Origin: a virus
IMG/VR virus record: IMGVR_UViG_3300042894_005670
Direction: 5' to 3' (one strand)
Length of the DNA stretch: 64,000 nt
This document shows, one piece after another, positions 19,801 through 29,372 of the stretch. Below the pieces are notes generated by a model. It was not told the origin of the DNA and did not search any database. It saw only the letters and a list, made by a program, of their open reading frames with translations. The position numbers were made by a program, and so were the translations under genes. The first letter of the stretch is position 1. The number at the start of each line of letters is the position of its first letter.

Positions 19801-22800
19801 TTTTCAGTAAACGATCCTATTATTCAATTACAAACAGGAGCAAATGGTGCACCTCCAACATCTAATAGTGGTAAAGATGTTGGCGTAGCTATGAATTATT
19901 ATGATACATCAGCAAAAATTGCTTGGATGGGATGGGATACACACAATGCTGAAATATCATTTGCTTCTACCGCTACGATAGCAAATGATATTGTTACTTT
20001 AACAAGTCTTGCTAATCTTCGTGGTGGCAATGCCATTTTTGGTAATAATGTATCTGCAAACTATTTTACAGGTACACTAACAACAGCTTCACAACCTAAT
20101 ATAACAACGCTTGGTACGTTATCATCTTTAGCAGTATCAGGTAACATTACAGGTGGCAATGTTTATGCAAATAGTGGCACAATTGGCGCATCATTATTAA
20201 CAGGTACCTTAACCACTAACGCCCAACCTAACATTACAAGTGTTGGTACATTAACATCTTTAGCAGTATCAGGTAATCTAAGCGCAGGGAATGTTAATGC
20301 AGGAAACTTACTAAATGCTAATTTTGTAACAGGAACATTAACAACTGCTGCACAACCTAACATAACAAGTGTTGGTACATTATCTTCATTGGCAGTGTCA
20401 GCTAATGTTACAGCAGGTAATGTATATGCTAATAGTGGAATAATTGGTGCATCTTTACTTACAGGTACTTTAACAACAGGTGCACAACCTAATATTACTT
20501 CAGTTGGAACATTGTCATCTTTAGCTGTCACAGCAAATATATCATCAGGTAACGTTTATGCTAATAGTGGCACTATTGGTGCATCATTATTAACAGGTAC
20601 GTTAACTACCAATGCACAACCTAATGTAACTAGTGTTGGTACACTAACATCATTAAATGTAAGTGGCAACGCAAACGTTGGAAATCTTGGTACAGCAGGT
20701 TTGATTGTAGCTACAGGTAATGTAACAGGTGGTAACTTAGTGACAGGTGGTGTGCTAAGTGTAACGGGCAATGCCAACGTAGGTAATCTTGGCGCAGCAA
20801 ACGGTGTATTCACTACTAATGTTTCTATTGGTAGTTATATTATAACACCTGGCGGGGTTGACTTGATGATGTTACCTGCAACTCAGGTAACACGAAACTA
20901 TGGTAACTTAGACCCATATACAGGTGGTTATTATCTTGGTGGTGGTACAAGATGGACAGGAATCAGAGCAAATAGTGCAGATTTTGCAACCACATTAAAC
21001 GTAACAGGTAACGCCAATGTAGGCAATCTTGGTACAGGTGGATTAATTACTGCTACAGGTAATATAACGGGTGGTAACTTAGTAACAGGTGGTGCATTAA
21101 GTGTAACAGGTAATGCGAATGTAGGTAATCTTGGTACTAATACAGCAATAATTACTACAGGTAATATTACCACAATCAATAGTGGTTTATTACAAAATGG
21201 TAATAGTAACCATACCATAGCAGCGAACGGTAACCATACATTTTTTGTGTCAGGTAATGCAACATCTCAGTTGACATTAACATCTACAGGAGCAAATATA
21301 AGTGGCACAGCTAATGTCACAGGTAATGCAAACGTAGGTAATCTTGGTACTACTACAGCAATTATAACAACAGGTAATATTACAACAATCAATAGTGGTT
21401 TGTTACAAAATGGTACAACTAACCTAGCTATACCAACAAGCAGTGGAAACTTAAACGTTAGCGTAGCAGGTACAGCTAATGTACTAGTCGTAACAGCATC
21501 AGGTATAAACACATCAGGCACAATTAATTCAGTTGGTAACGCTAATGTAGGTAATCTTGGTACAGCAGGTTTGATTGTAGCTACAGGTAATGTGACAGGT
21601 GGTAACTTAACTACAGGTGGTGCATTATACGTCACAGGTAACGCAAACACAGGTAACATTGGCACCAATACAGCTATTATTACAACAGGCAATATTACCA
21701 CAATTAATAGCGGATTGTTACAAAATGGCAATAGTAACCATACCATCGCAGCCAATGGAAATCACACATTCTTTGTTACAGGCAATGCAACATCACAGCT
21801 TACTTTAAGTTCTACAGGGGCAAACATTGCGGGTACTGCCAATGTATTAGGTAATGCTAATGTAGGAAACCTAGGTACAGCAGGATTAATTGTAGCTACA
21901 GGTAATATAACAGGTGGTAATTTAGTAACAGGTGGTGCACTAAGTGTTACAGGTAATGCTAATACAGGTAATCTTGGTACTAATACAGCAATAATTACTA
22001 CAGGTAATATTACCACAATCAATAGTGGTTTACTACAAAATGGTACAAGTAATCACACGATTGCAAGTGGTGGCAATCATACATTCTTTGTAGCAGCTAA
22101 TGCAAACTCACAATTGACTATTACATCTACGGGTGTCAATGTGGCAGGTACTGCTAATATTGTTGGTAATGCAAACGTAGGCAACTTAGGCACTGCAGGG
22201 TTAATTGTAGCAACAGGTAATATAACAGGTGGTAATTTAGTCACAGGTGGTGCATTATCAGTAACAGGCAATGCCAACACAGGTAATCTTGGTACTAATA
22301 CAGCAATAATTACTACAGGTAATATTACAACAATCAATAGTGGTTTAATACAAAATGGTACAAGTAATCATACCATTGCAAGTGGTGGTAATCATACATT
22401 CTTTGTAGCAGCTAACGCAAATTCACAATTAACTATAACATCATCAGGTGTTAATGTGGCAGGTACTGCTAATATTGTGGGTAACGCAAACATTGGTAAC
22501 ATTGGTACGACTACAGCTATTATAACAACAGGTAATATTACCACAATCAATAGTGGTTTATTACAAAATGGTAATAGTAACATCGCAATTACTAATAATG
22601 GCAATGTAACAATTAATGCAGTTGGCGGACAGAGATTAGTATTGACATCAACAGGTGCAAACATTGCAGGTACTGCTAATGTCACAGGTAATGCGAATGT
22701 GGGTAATCTTGGAACAAGTGGTGTAGTACTAGCAGGTACGAGTATTACAACACCACAATTTATTTCTAATGTTGCCAATGGTACATCACCTATTGTTGTA

Positions 22801-25800
22801 ACAAGTGTCACCAAAGTAAGTAATTTAAACGTTGATTTTGTTGACAATTATACAACATCAATTACACCTGATACTAGCGCATATGCTAACGGTGTCGCAA
22901 CTAAAGAAACCATTGTTGTACGTGATAGTAATGGTAACATTAATGGTAACAATGTAAGTGGTACAATTCGTCCAACGGGTGGTAGCGGTTCATCATCAGG
23001 AATTATATTCCCGCCTGACCCTGGCGGGGGTGGGGGTGACTTAGCCTCAATTAAGTACTATGCAAACGTAGGTGAGTCTACTATATTAGAACTTAATGTA
23101 GTAAATGATGCAGATGATATTATCTTACTCAATGCTTCAGGTGGTACTAGAATAACCAATGATGTTACTATTACAGGAAGTATTGCCAACGTTGTTAATA
23201 TTACAGCAACGGGTTATTTTAACTTAACGGGTAATCTCTCAGCAAACAATGTCACAGGTACATTACGTCCAACAGCAGGTAGTGGCAATGCGGGTATTAT
23301 TTTCCCTGATAACCCTGTAGGTAATACAGGTGATGGAGCATCAATTAAGTACTATGGCACAGGATCAGGCGATGATACTGTTCTAGAAATTACGGTAACT
23401 GATAACCCAACTGATACAATTCGCTTAAATGCATCAGGCAGTACTAATGTTACAAGTAATTTAAATGTTGCAGGTATTACCAACTTAGGTAATATTAGTA
23501 ATGTTAAAATACTTGGTGGCACAAATGGTCAGTATGCACAAACTGATGGTACAGGTAATTTAGTTTGGGCACAAGGTACTGCTATATTAACAGGTAATGG
23601 TACATCAAACGGTGCCAATACACAAATACAGATTGGTGATGGTACAGGAAACTTTGTTGGAGCAGCAGGATTTACTTTTGACAAAGCTTCTAATTTGTTT
23701 ACCACACCTGCTAATGCTAATGTAGTTGGTAACTTAAATGCTAACAATAACATTGTTGCAAATGGATATCTTGTATCTAAATCATATAGTGGATCTACTG
23801 AAGGTGGTCAATTAGTACTAGCTTGGAAAAATACAACTAATGTTGTAAATCAAACTAATTCTACATGGAACTTAGATAGTGATAGTAGTAATGCATTTAG
23901 AATATTCTATCAAGATGCAGGTGGTAGCACAGGAGTAGTATTCACTGCTAATAGTAGCACAGGAAATCTTACAGTAGGAAATGTATCAGGAACAATCTTT
24001 AATGTATCTTCAAGTATTACTACACCACAATTTATATCAAATGTTGGCACAGGTGTTGCACCATTAGTAGTATCAAGTACAACCAAAGTAACTAACTTAA
24101 ATGCAGATTACTTAGATGGTTATGACACAGCAACAGCAGCCACCGCAAGCACTGTAGTAGTACGTGATAGTAACGGTAATGTTAATGCTAATGTATTCAG
24201 TGGTAATAATGTCACTGTAACAAGCCAACTTACTTCAACAGTTGCTACAGGAACTGCACCATTAGTAGTGTCAAGTACAACTAAAGTAGCTAACCTTAAT
24301 GCAGAATTATTAGATGGATATGACACAGCAACTGCTGCAACGGCGAGTACAGTTGTTGTACGTGATAGTAACGGTAACATTACAGGAAATAATATATCAG
24401 GTAGTGGAACAATTAGTGCATCCTTACTAACGGGCACGTTAACAACTGCAAGTCAACCAAACATTACTACAGTTGGTTCATTGACTAACCTAAACGTAAG
24501 TGGAAATGCGGTAATTGGTGGTAATTTAACTGTTGAAGGTAATATTGTTTACGTTAATGTTACTGATTTATCGGTAGAAGACCCAATTATTCAGTTACAA
24601 AAAGGTCCAAATGGTGCTGCACCTTCGTCTAATAGTGGTAAGGATGTTGGTACTGCATTAAATTATTATGACACATCAGCTAAAGTAGCATGGATGGGTT
24701 GGGATGTAAGCAATACTGAAATATCATTTGGTTCAAATGTAACTATAGCAAGTGAAGTAGTAACCATTAATACACTTGCTAATATTCGTTCAGGTAATGC
24801 ACAACTTGGTAATTTAGCTGTTGCAAATTTTGTAACAGGAACATTGACAACTAATGCACAACCTAATATTACATCGGTTGGTACGTTAACATCACTTTCA
24901 GTAACAGGAAACGTTAGCGCAGGTAATGTAAGTGGCACATTATTAACAGGTACGTTGACAACTAATGCACAACCTAATATTACATCGGTTGGTACGTTAA
25001 CATCACTTTCAGTGACAGGTAATGTCAGTGCAGGTAATGTTAGTGGAACTTTACTTACAGGTACTTTAGCCACAGCAGCACAACCAAATGTTACATCGGT
25101 AGGTACATTAACTTTATTAAGTGTAACAGGTAATGTCAGTGCAGGTAATGTTAGTGGAACTTTACTTACAGGTACTTTAGCCACAGCAGCACAACCAAAT
25201 GTTACATCGGTTGGTACATTAACTTCATTAAGTGTAACAGGTAATGGAACATTTGGAAATGTTTACGCAAATAGTGGAACAATAGGTGCGTCATTATTAA
25301 CAGGCACATTAACAACAAATGCTCAACCAAATATAACTAGTGTTGGTACGTTAACTTCATTAAGTGTAACAGGTAATGGAACATTTGGAAATGTTTACGC
25401 TAATAGTGGAACGATTGGCGCATCATTAGTTGCGGGTACGTTAACCACAGCAGCACAACCTAACATTACAAGTGTTGGCACATTAACATCCTTAACAGTT
25501 ACAGGTAATATCAGTGCAGGTAATATTAATTCTAACGTAAATGGTTTTGCAATTGGTTATCGTGATGTGCCACAAGTTGCAGCAAGTAATGTAACCATAG
25601 CAGCAAGTGATGCAGGTAAGCACTACTATTCAACTACTGCAGGAAACTTAACATTAACTATTCCAAATAATGCAACAACATCATTTGCTACGGGTACTGC
25701 AATTAGTATTGTTGTACAAGCAGCAGGAAATGTATTAGTTAATGCAGCAAGTGGTGTAACGCTATATATGGCAGGAAATAGCACTGCAGCTAATCGTGTA

Positions 25801-25878
25801 GTAGGTACATACGGAATGGCGACATTGTTAAAAGTAGCTAGTGATACATGGTTTATTAATGGTACAGGGGTAAGTTAA
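16816..25878 (+). CDS. Giant tail-fibre-like protein (3020 aa)
   Basis: G/N/T-rich; many TT(N/A)AQPNITSVGTL repeats; ~105-aa tandem repeats; late TAAATA upstream. Confidence 0.85.
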   Translation: MAIVPSARTIISPLSDPALMRNEVIVSSANGQIAIFQTTKDIYVTSYTQEYNNQNIINQNITYDIVNQPGNTTYGVQYNNGGSFASESGFTFNPNTFTLNVPNVAVTGNTNLGDVLNITISGGSANQVLTTDGTGNVYWQSPIIYGNAEVANYLPTYTGNLKGGNANISGEILANALNVSFNVNAYTVSANFIAGDGSNLSNLPLVNNAANANYSSYANVANTAGTVTTNAQPNITSVGTLTSLSVTGNITGGNANLGNAINANYFIGAGNNLSNIQGPNVAGTVGNANLSQYLNVSDVSNNYSYHVVLSAGSGDKSLHIDADDNLQYNPNSGLLTAVRMDASIFVGNLYYSNGYPVANVVGIGNIATINLDGNSSNVLLGNGTFGDVPGIKAVIANGDSNVKIATANGNVTVSVAGSPNVGVFGTDSLTISSNIFAGNTVNAANIVGNVGNFANAFVQSTLTAVNITANTGIFTGNGGGLSNLAGANVTGTVANANYAVYANHAAYANVANSALSVNVANVANIGNVATLNLNGNGSTFLGGNGSWLVPMGLVQSTNVVTTSNVSNGYGSAYYNISFNNNTSAVLNVEFQLPLNFDSSNSNVLYGNGAFAPSYGNSNVSTYLNSLGSNNITTSGNVTATNLTATTQVKTPLIISGNNGTDGNSLTIEASDAAAPSGNGGNLILRAGTAGFSGVGGAVFVGPTNTSAVYLGGGPGYGTAVPVTIPGNLTVNGNIGTTNLNVNGVNATTLTGTLTTNAQPNITSVGNLTSLIVTGNTTVGNLIGPVANGNTNLNIPAAGGNLNISAEGNANILVVTGTGVNVAGTLNATGNANVGNLGTGGLITATGNITGGNLITAGTINASGGNLASNSSVQTYYDGGAENGVISFNKGGFITTTTYGLTLNTGGTNQNIVLSPSGYVNILSNVLAGNIQSNGQIVANSNISGLNLSTAGNVNANGNISAANISASGALSVTGNAVISGNLTVNGNITYINVTEFSVNDPIIQLQTGANGAPPTSNSGKDVGVAMNYYDTSAKIAWMGWDTHNAEISFASTATIANDIVTLTSLANLRGGNAIFGNNVSANYFTGTLTTASQPNITTLGTLSSLAVSGNITGGNVYANSGTIGASLLTGTLTTNAQPNITSVGTLTSLAVSGNLSAGNVNAGNLLNANFVTGTLTTAAQPNITSVGTLSSLAVSANVTAGNVYANSGIIGASLLTGTLTTGAQPNITSVGTLSSLAVTANISSGNVYANSGTIGASLLTGTLTTNAQPNVTSVGTLTSLNVSGNANVGNLGTAGLIVATGNVTGGNLVTGGVLSVTGNANVGNLGAANGVFTTNVSIGSYIITPGGVDLMMLPATQVTRNYGNLDPYTGGYYLGGGTRWTGIRANSADFATTLNVTGNANVGNLGTGGLITATGNITGGNLVTGGALSVTGNANVGNLGTNTAIITTGNITTINSGLLQNGNSNHTIAANGNHTFFVSGNATSQLTLTSTGANISGTANVTGNANVGNLGTTTAIITTGNITTINSGLLQNGTTNLAIPTSSGNLNVSVAGTANVLVVTASGINTSGTINSVGNANVGNLGTAGLIVATGNVTGGNLTTGGALYVTGNANTGNIGTNTAIITTGNITTINSGLLQNGNSNHTIAANGNHTFFVTGNATSQLTLSSTGANIAGTANVLGNANVGNLGTAGLIVATGNITGGNLVTGGALSVTGNANTGNLGTNTAIITTGNITTINSGLLQNGTSNHTIASGGNHTFFVAANANSQLTITSTGVNVAGTANIVGNANVGNLGTAGLIVATGNITGGNLVTGGALSVTGNANTGNLGTNTAIITTGNITTINSGLIQNGTSNHTIASGGNHTFFVAANANSQLTITSSGVNVAGTANIVGNANIGNIGTTTAIITTGNITTINSGLLQNGNSNIAITNNGNVTINAVGGQRLVLTSTGANIAGTANVTGNANVGNLGTSGVVLAGTSITTPQFISNVANGTSPIVVTSVTKVSNLNVDFVDNYTTSITPDTSAYANGVATKETIVVRDSNGNINGNNVSGTIRPTGGSGSSSGIIFPPDPGGGGGDLASIKYYANVGESTILELNVVNDADDIILLNASGGTRITNDVTITGSIANVVNITATGYFNLTGNLSANNVTGTLRPTAGSGNAGIIFPDNPVGNTGDGASIKYYGTGSGDDTVLEITVTDNPTDTIRLNASGSTNVTSNLNVAGITNLGNISNVKILGGTNGQYAQTDGTGNLVWAQGTAILTGNGTSNGANTQIQIGDGTGNFVGAAGFTFDKASNLFTTPANANVVGNLNANNNIVANGYLVSKSYSGSTEGGQLVLAWKNTTNVVNQTNSTWNLDSDSSNAFRIFYQDAGGSTGVVFTANSSTGNLTVGNVSGTIFNVSSSITTPQFISNVGTGVAPLVVSSTTKVTNLNADYLDGYDTATAATASTVVVRDSNGNVNANVFSGNNVTVTSQLTSTVATGTAPLVVSSTTKVANLNAELLDGYDTATAATASTVVVRDSNGNITGNNISGSGTISASLLTGTLTTASQPNITTVGSLTNLNVSGNAVIGGNLTVEGNIVYVNVTDLSVEDPIIQLQKGPNGAAPSSNSGKDVGTALNYYDTSAKVAWMGWDVSNTEISFGSNVTIASEVVTINTLANIRSGNAQLGNLAVANFVTGTLTTNAQPNITSVGTLTSLSVTGNVSAGNVSGTLLTGTLTTNAQPNITSVGTLTSLSVTGNVSAGNVSGTLLTGTLATAAQPNVTSVGTLTLLSVTGNVSAGNVSGTLLTGTLATAAQPNVTSVGTLTSLSVTGNGTFGNVYANSGTIGASLLTGTLTTNAQPNITSVGTLTSLSVTGNGTFGNVYANSGTIGASLVAGTLTTAAQPNITSVGTLTSLTVTGNISAGNINSNVNGFAIGYRDVPQVAASNVTIAASDAGKHYYSTTAGNLTLTIPNNATTSFATGTAISIVVQAAGNVLVNAASGVTLYMAGNSTAANRVVGTYGMATLLKVASDTWFINGTGVS

Positions 25879-26627
25879 TGACGGGCACAATGATGCTAGT
25901 TATCAACAATGTAAAGCAATCTGTTGTCCCTAGTGGTATAGTAACATCAAATTTATTCATGAATTTGGATGCAAGTAATCCAAGTAGTTACCCTAAGACG
26001 GGGACTACTTGGTTTGACCTGCAAGGCACTAATAATGCAACAATAAACGGCGCAACATATAGTGCAACAGATGGCGGTATTTTTACCTTTAATGGATCAA
26101 GTAATACAGTCAGTATACCAAATAATGCCTCGTTATCCCTTAGTACTACTGAGCAAAGGACAATACAAGTATGGGTAAAGTTTAATAGCTTAGCAGGAGC
26201 AGGATCACAAGTGCCTGTATTTGGCAAGTTATCAAATAGTTTTAGTTTTGATGGTTATTGGGGTGGGTTATACAGCAATGCAGGTGTAATAAGATGTACC
26301 ACTAATGGAGCTTCGGTACAAAAAATTTCAGATTCTACACTAACTGTTACAACAAATACATGGTACTTATTTACTTTTATTTCCCAAATTACATCCACTG
26401 CGAATACAACAAAATTTTATGTCAATACAACTGAATACATTAGCACAGCACACGGAAGTGACACTTATACTGAAAGTAATCCGTTATATCTAGGTTATAT
26501 TGGAGCAGGTGTAGGTTCATTGTACTTAAATGGACAAATAGGAGCATGTTTCTTTTATACTTCAGGTTTATCACCTGCAAATATTTTACAAAATTATAAC
26601 GCTACTAAAACTAGATTTGGATTATAA
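25878..26627 (+). CDS. LamG/concanavalin-A-like domain virion protein
   Basis: LDASNPSSY..TGTTW.DL; NTWY; LSPANILQNYNATKTRFGL. Confidence 0.8.
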   Translation: MTGTMMLVINNVKQSVVPSGIVTSNLFMNLDASNPSSYPKTGTTWFDLQGTNNATINGATYSATDGGIFTFNGSSNTVSIPNNASLSLSTTEQRTIQVWVKFNSLAGAGSQVPVFGKLSNSFSFDGYWGGLYSNAGVIRCTTNGASVQKISDSTLTVTTNTWYLFTFISQITSTANTTKFYVNTTEYISTAHGSDTYTESNPLYLGYIGAGVGSLYLNGQIGACFFYTSGLSPANILQNYNATKTRFGL

Positions 26628-26628
26628 A

Positions 26629-27351
26629 ATGACAGGTATAGTAAACTTAATGATAAACAATGTTAAACCTGTAACATCTCAAAACATTGTAACTACTAAT
26701 CTTTCACTATACTTAAATGCACAAAATTATTCAGGTAGCGGAACGTCATGGACTGCTTCTAACGGGTCTAACGCTACACTATTTAATACGCCAACTTATA
26801 CGTCAGCCTCTCCTACTTATTTTTCATTTGACCCCACTGCATTTGAGTATGCAACAGTTCCAAACATAGGGAGTTTAACTAATTGGACAGTGGAATCGTG
26901 GACAATGGTTACGTCGAATTTGACTTCTCCAACAAAAATCACTTCGATCATTTGTAATCAATTTAATGGTGTTAGTAATTTAAATTATAGCTTAGGCACG
27001 AATAATGCACCAACTAACTATAATTTAACTGTAGGTTTTTACGATGGTGCATGGCGAAATGTAAGTGGGTTTACACCTACACTAAATGTATGGTATCATT
27101 TAGTAGGTACCTATGATGGTGCTACAATAAAGTTATATGTTAATAATAGTTTAAATTCTCAAACTACTTACTCAGGTACTCCTCAATCAGGTGGTGAAGT
27201 AAGAATTGCACGTCGATGGGATAGTAGTGATGTTGATAATATTAACTTTTTCCCAGGCAGAGTTGCTGTCGCAAGAATATATTCTACAGCATTGAATGCA
27301 TCACAAGTTACACAAAATTGGAATGCAGAGAGAAGTAGATTTGGATATTAA
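26629..27351 (+). CDS. LamG/concanavalin-A-like domain virion protein
   Basis: WYHLVGTYDG, RIYSTALN...QNWNAERSRFGY; paralogue of the previous ORF. Confidence 0.82.
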   Translation: MTGIVNLMINNVKPVTSQNIVTTNLSLYLNAQNYSGSGTSWTASNGSNATLFNTPTYTSASPTYFSFDPTAFEYATVPNIGSLTNWTVESWTMVTSNLTSPTKITSIICNQFNGVSNLNYSLGTNNAPTNYNLTVGFYDGAWRNVSGFTPTLNVWYHLVGTYDGATIKLYVNNSLNSQTTYSGTPQSGGEVRIARRWDSSDVDNINFFPGRVAVARIYSTALNASQVTQNWNAERSRFGY

Positions 27352-27373
27352 AAAGCCCCACTTAAGGGGCTTT
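27351..27373. terminator. Bidirectional intrinsic terminator
   Basis: AAAGCCCC-acttaa-GGGGCTTT between convergent genes. Confidence 0.8.
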
Positions 27374-27376
27374 AAA

Positions 27377-27910
27377 TTATAAAATTAAAAACGGTATCCA
27401 CATCCAAATAGCTTGACTTACAAATAAGCTACCGAATACACCAACCACTAAACTAATCCAAAACATAGGCATACTAACTGCTAGTATACTTGCTGTTAAT
27501 AAAACAATGGCGATTTGCAACGTGCTACCACCCCATGTAAACCATGGAGATTTTTGTTTAGCAGCATCACGTTCTGCTTCAAGTGCCTTAGCTTTTTCTT
27601 GAATTTCTTTTTTATCGTCGCTCATGCGTTTAGCTTCAGCTAAAAACTTTTCTTTATTTTCAGGCTTTGAAGCTTCAGCAGCACTGATTTCATAAAGTAC
27701 ACCACGAACATTTTTTGCTTGATACCATGCCCACATGTTGTTGGCTTGTATCGTATTATTTTGTATTTTACTACTATTACTTCCACCTAGCATCGTGTTA
27801 ATTGCTAAAATAGCTGCAAGAAATACAATTACAAATCCTGCTTTGTCTTTGATTTTAGCTTCTTTTTCGCTACGTGAAAGAGGTTTAACTTCTTGTTTTT
27901 GTTCACTCAT
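27377..27910 (-). CDS. DUF4337-like membrane protein
   Basis: TM-WAWYQAK-coiled coil-two TM. Confidence 0.7.
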   Translation of the reverse strand: MSEQKQEVKPLSRSEKEAKIKDKAGFVIVFLAAILAINTMLGGSNSSKIQNNTIQANNMWAWYQAKNVRGVLYEISAAEASKPENKEKFLAEAKRMSDDKKEIQEKAKALEAERDAAKQKSPWFTWGGSTLQIAIVLLTASILAVSMPMFWISLVVGVFGSLFVSQAIWMWIPFLIL

Positions 27911-28031
27911 TGGTCTTTCCTTTGTTTATAAAACCTGTAATTCTATCTTGAATCATTTTTGCCCAAAATGGTTGTGGAAAATTCCATCCAACAAATGCAC
28001 CAATTGCTAGCCATAAAAGAATTTCAAGCAT
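27903..28031 (-). CDS. Small membrane protein (42 aa, not in ORF track)
   Basis: MLEILLWLAIGAFVGWNFPQPFWAK..., GGAGG RBS. Confidence 0.55.
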   Translation of the reverse strand: MLEILLWLAIGAFVGWNFPQPFWAKMIQDRITGFINKGKTNE

Positions 28032-28118
28032 TTTTTTGCCCTCCTATGTATTAACTACCACTAGTATTTAGTACATATTCAGCCCTAAATACATATGACC
28101 GTTTCAAAGGAACTGAGA

Positions 28119-29372
28119 ATGAAAAAAATAATAACAATCCTTTGGTCAGCTTTATTAATGTCTACTGTATTTGCACAAACAAATACTAGCACTCAAAGCA
28201 CTACCAATGGCACTACAACAAGTAATACCAATTTAATCAACAATGGAACATATGATGGTGGTAGGAGTTTAGTTGATACTAATTCCACGAGTAATAGTAC
28301 AAGCACAGTAACCACTAACAATGTTAGCACTAGCACATCAAATGCTATATCCACTAGTACTGTTAATAGCAATTCTGTTAATACAAACAACAATAACAAT
28401 AATAGCCAAAGCACTACAGTGAACACTAACATACAAAGTGGTACTGCAACAAACATCAATGATAATCGTATGTCAGGATCCGTGACTTACAACAACAATA
28501 ATAATATGAGTGGGTCTGTAACTTATGTTAATGATAATCGTATGTCAGGATCAGTAACATACAATAATAATAACAACACTACTAGTACTAATGTTAACAA
28601 AAATGAAAATACAGGTACAATGACTTATAATAATAACAATGTGAATAGTGGAACGATGACTTACAATAACAACAATGTTACTACAGCCACAAATAAAAAT
28701 GAAAACATAAACAGTGGAACGATGACCTATAACAACAATAATTTAAGCACAAGCACTAATGTAAACAAAAATGAAAACACAGGCACAATGACTTACAATA
28801 ACAACAATGTAACAACGAGTAATGCTACAAGTAATATCAATAATGTACAAACAGGAGACATGACTAATAGGAACATTAACACTACAACATCTAACGCAAC
28901 AAATATCAATCAAAACAATAATAACAGTACGAGTGTTAATACAAATATTCAACAAGGTGATATGACTAATCGTAATATTAACGATACTAATATTACGCAA
29001 AAAGTAATACAACCTCCTCCAACAGCTATAGCACCTGCAATGATGAGTGGTGGTGGACAAGATTTGTGTACTACAGGACAGAGTGGTGCATTGCAAACAC
29101 AATTGTTTGGTGCAGCTTTTGGTGGCACATCACGTGATTTAAATTGTGAACGTTTGAAGTTAAGTAAAACTTTGTATGATATGGGTATGAAAGTAGCAGC
29201 AGTAGCAACCATGTGTCAAGATCGACGTGTATGGGAAGCTATGATGGCAGCGGGTACACCATGTCCATATGAAGGTCAAATTGGTGAAAAAGCTAAGGCA
29301 TTATGGGAAGCAAATCCTAATAAAATTCCAAAGTATGATTATAAAACGGTAGCTGAGGTTAATAACCAATGA
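28119..29372 (+). CDS. Secreted Asn/Thr-rich repeat protein with Cys-containing C-terminal domain
   Basis: signal peptide; GTMTYNNNN repeats; NCERLKLSK..GMKVAAVA.MCQD..AGTPCP. Confidence 0.75.
   Translation: MKKIITILWSALLMSTVFAQTNTSTQSTTNGTTTSNTNLINNGTYDGGRSLVDTNSTSNSTSTVTTNNVSTSTSNAISTSTVNSNSVNTNNNNNNSQSTTVNTNIQSGTATNINDNRMSGSVTYNNNNNMSGSVTYVNDNRMSGSVTYNNNNNTTSTNVNKNENTGTMTYNNNNVNSGTMTYNNNNVTTATNKNENINSGTMTYNNNNLSTSTNVNKNENTGTMTYNNNNVTTSNATSNINNVQTGDMTNRNINTTTSNATNINQNNNNSTSVNTNIQQGDMTNRNINDTNITQKVIQPPPTAIAPAMMSGGGQDLCTTGQSGALQTQLFGAAFGGTSRDLNCERLKLSKTLYDMGMKVAAVATMCQDRRVWEAMMAAGTPCPYEGQIGEKAKALWEANPNKIPKYDYKTVAEVNNQ

Noticed and set aside
17877-25184. Numerous antisense ORFs in the fibre gene (also 37743-40487)
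   Set aside because: Shadow frames of repetitive G/N/T-rich coding sequence.
16816-27351. Diversity-generating retroelement acting on the fibre or lectin genes
   Set aside because: No reverse transcriptase or adenine-specific TR/VR pair seen.
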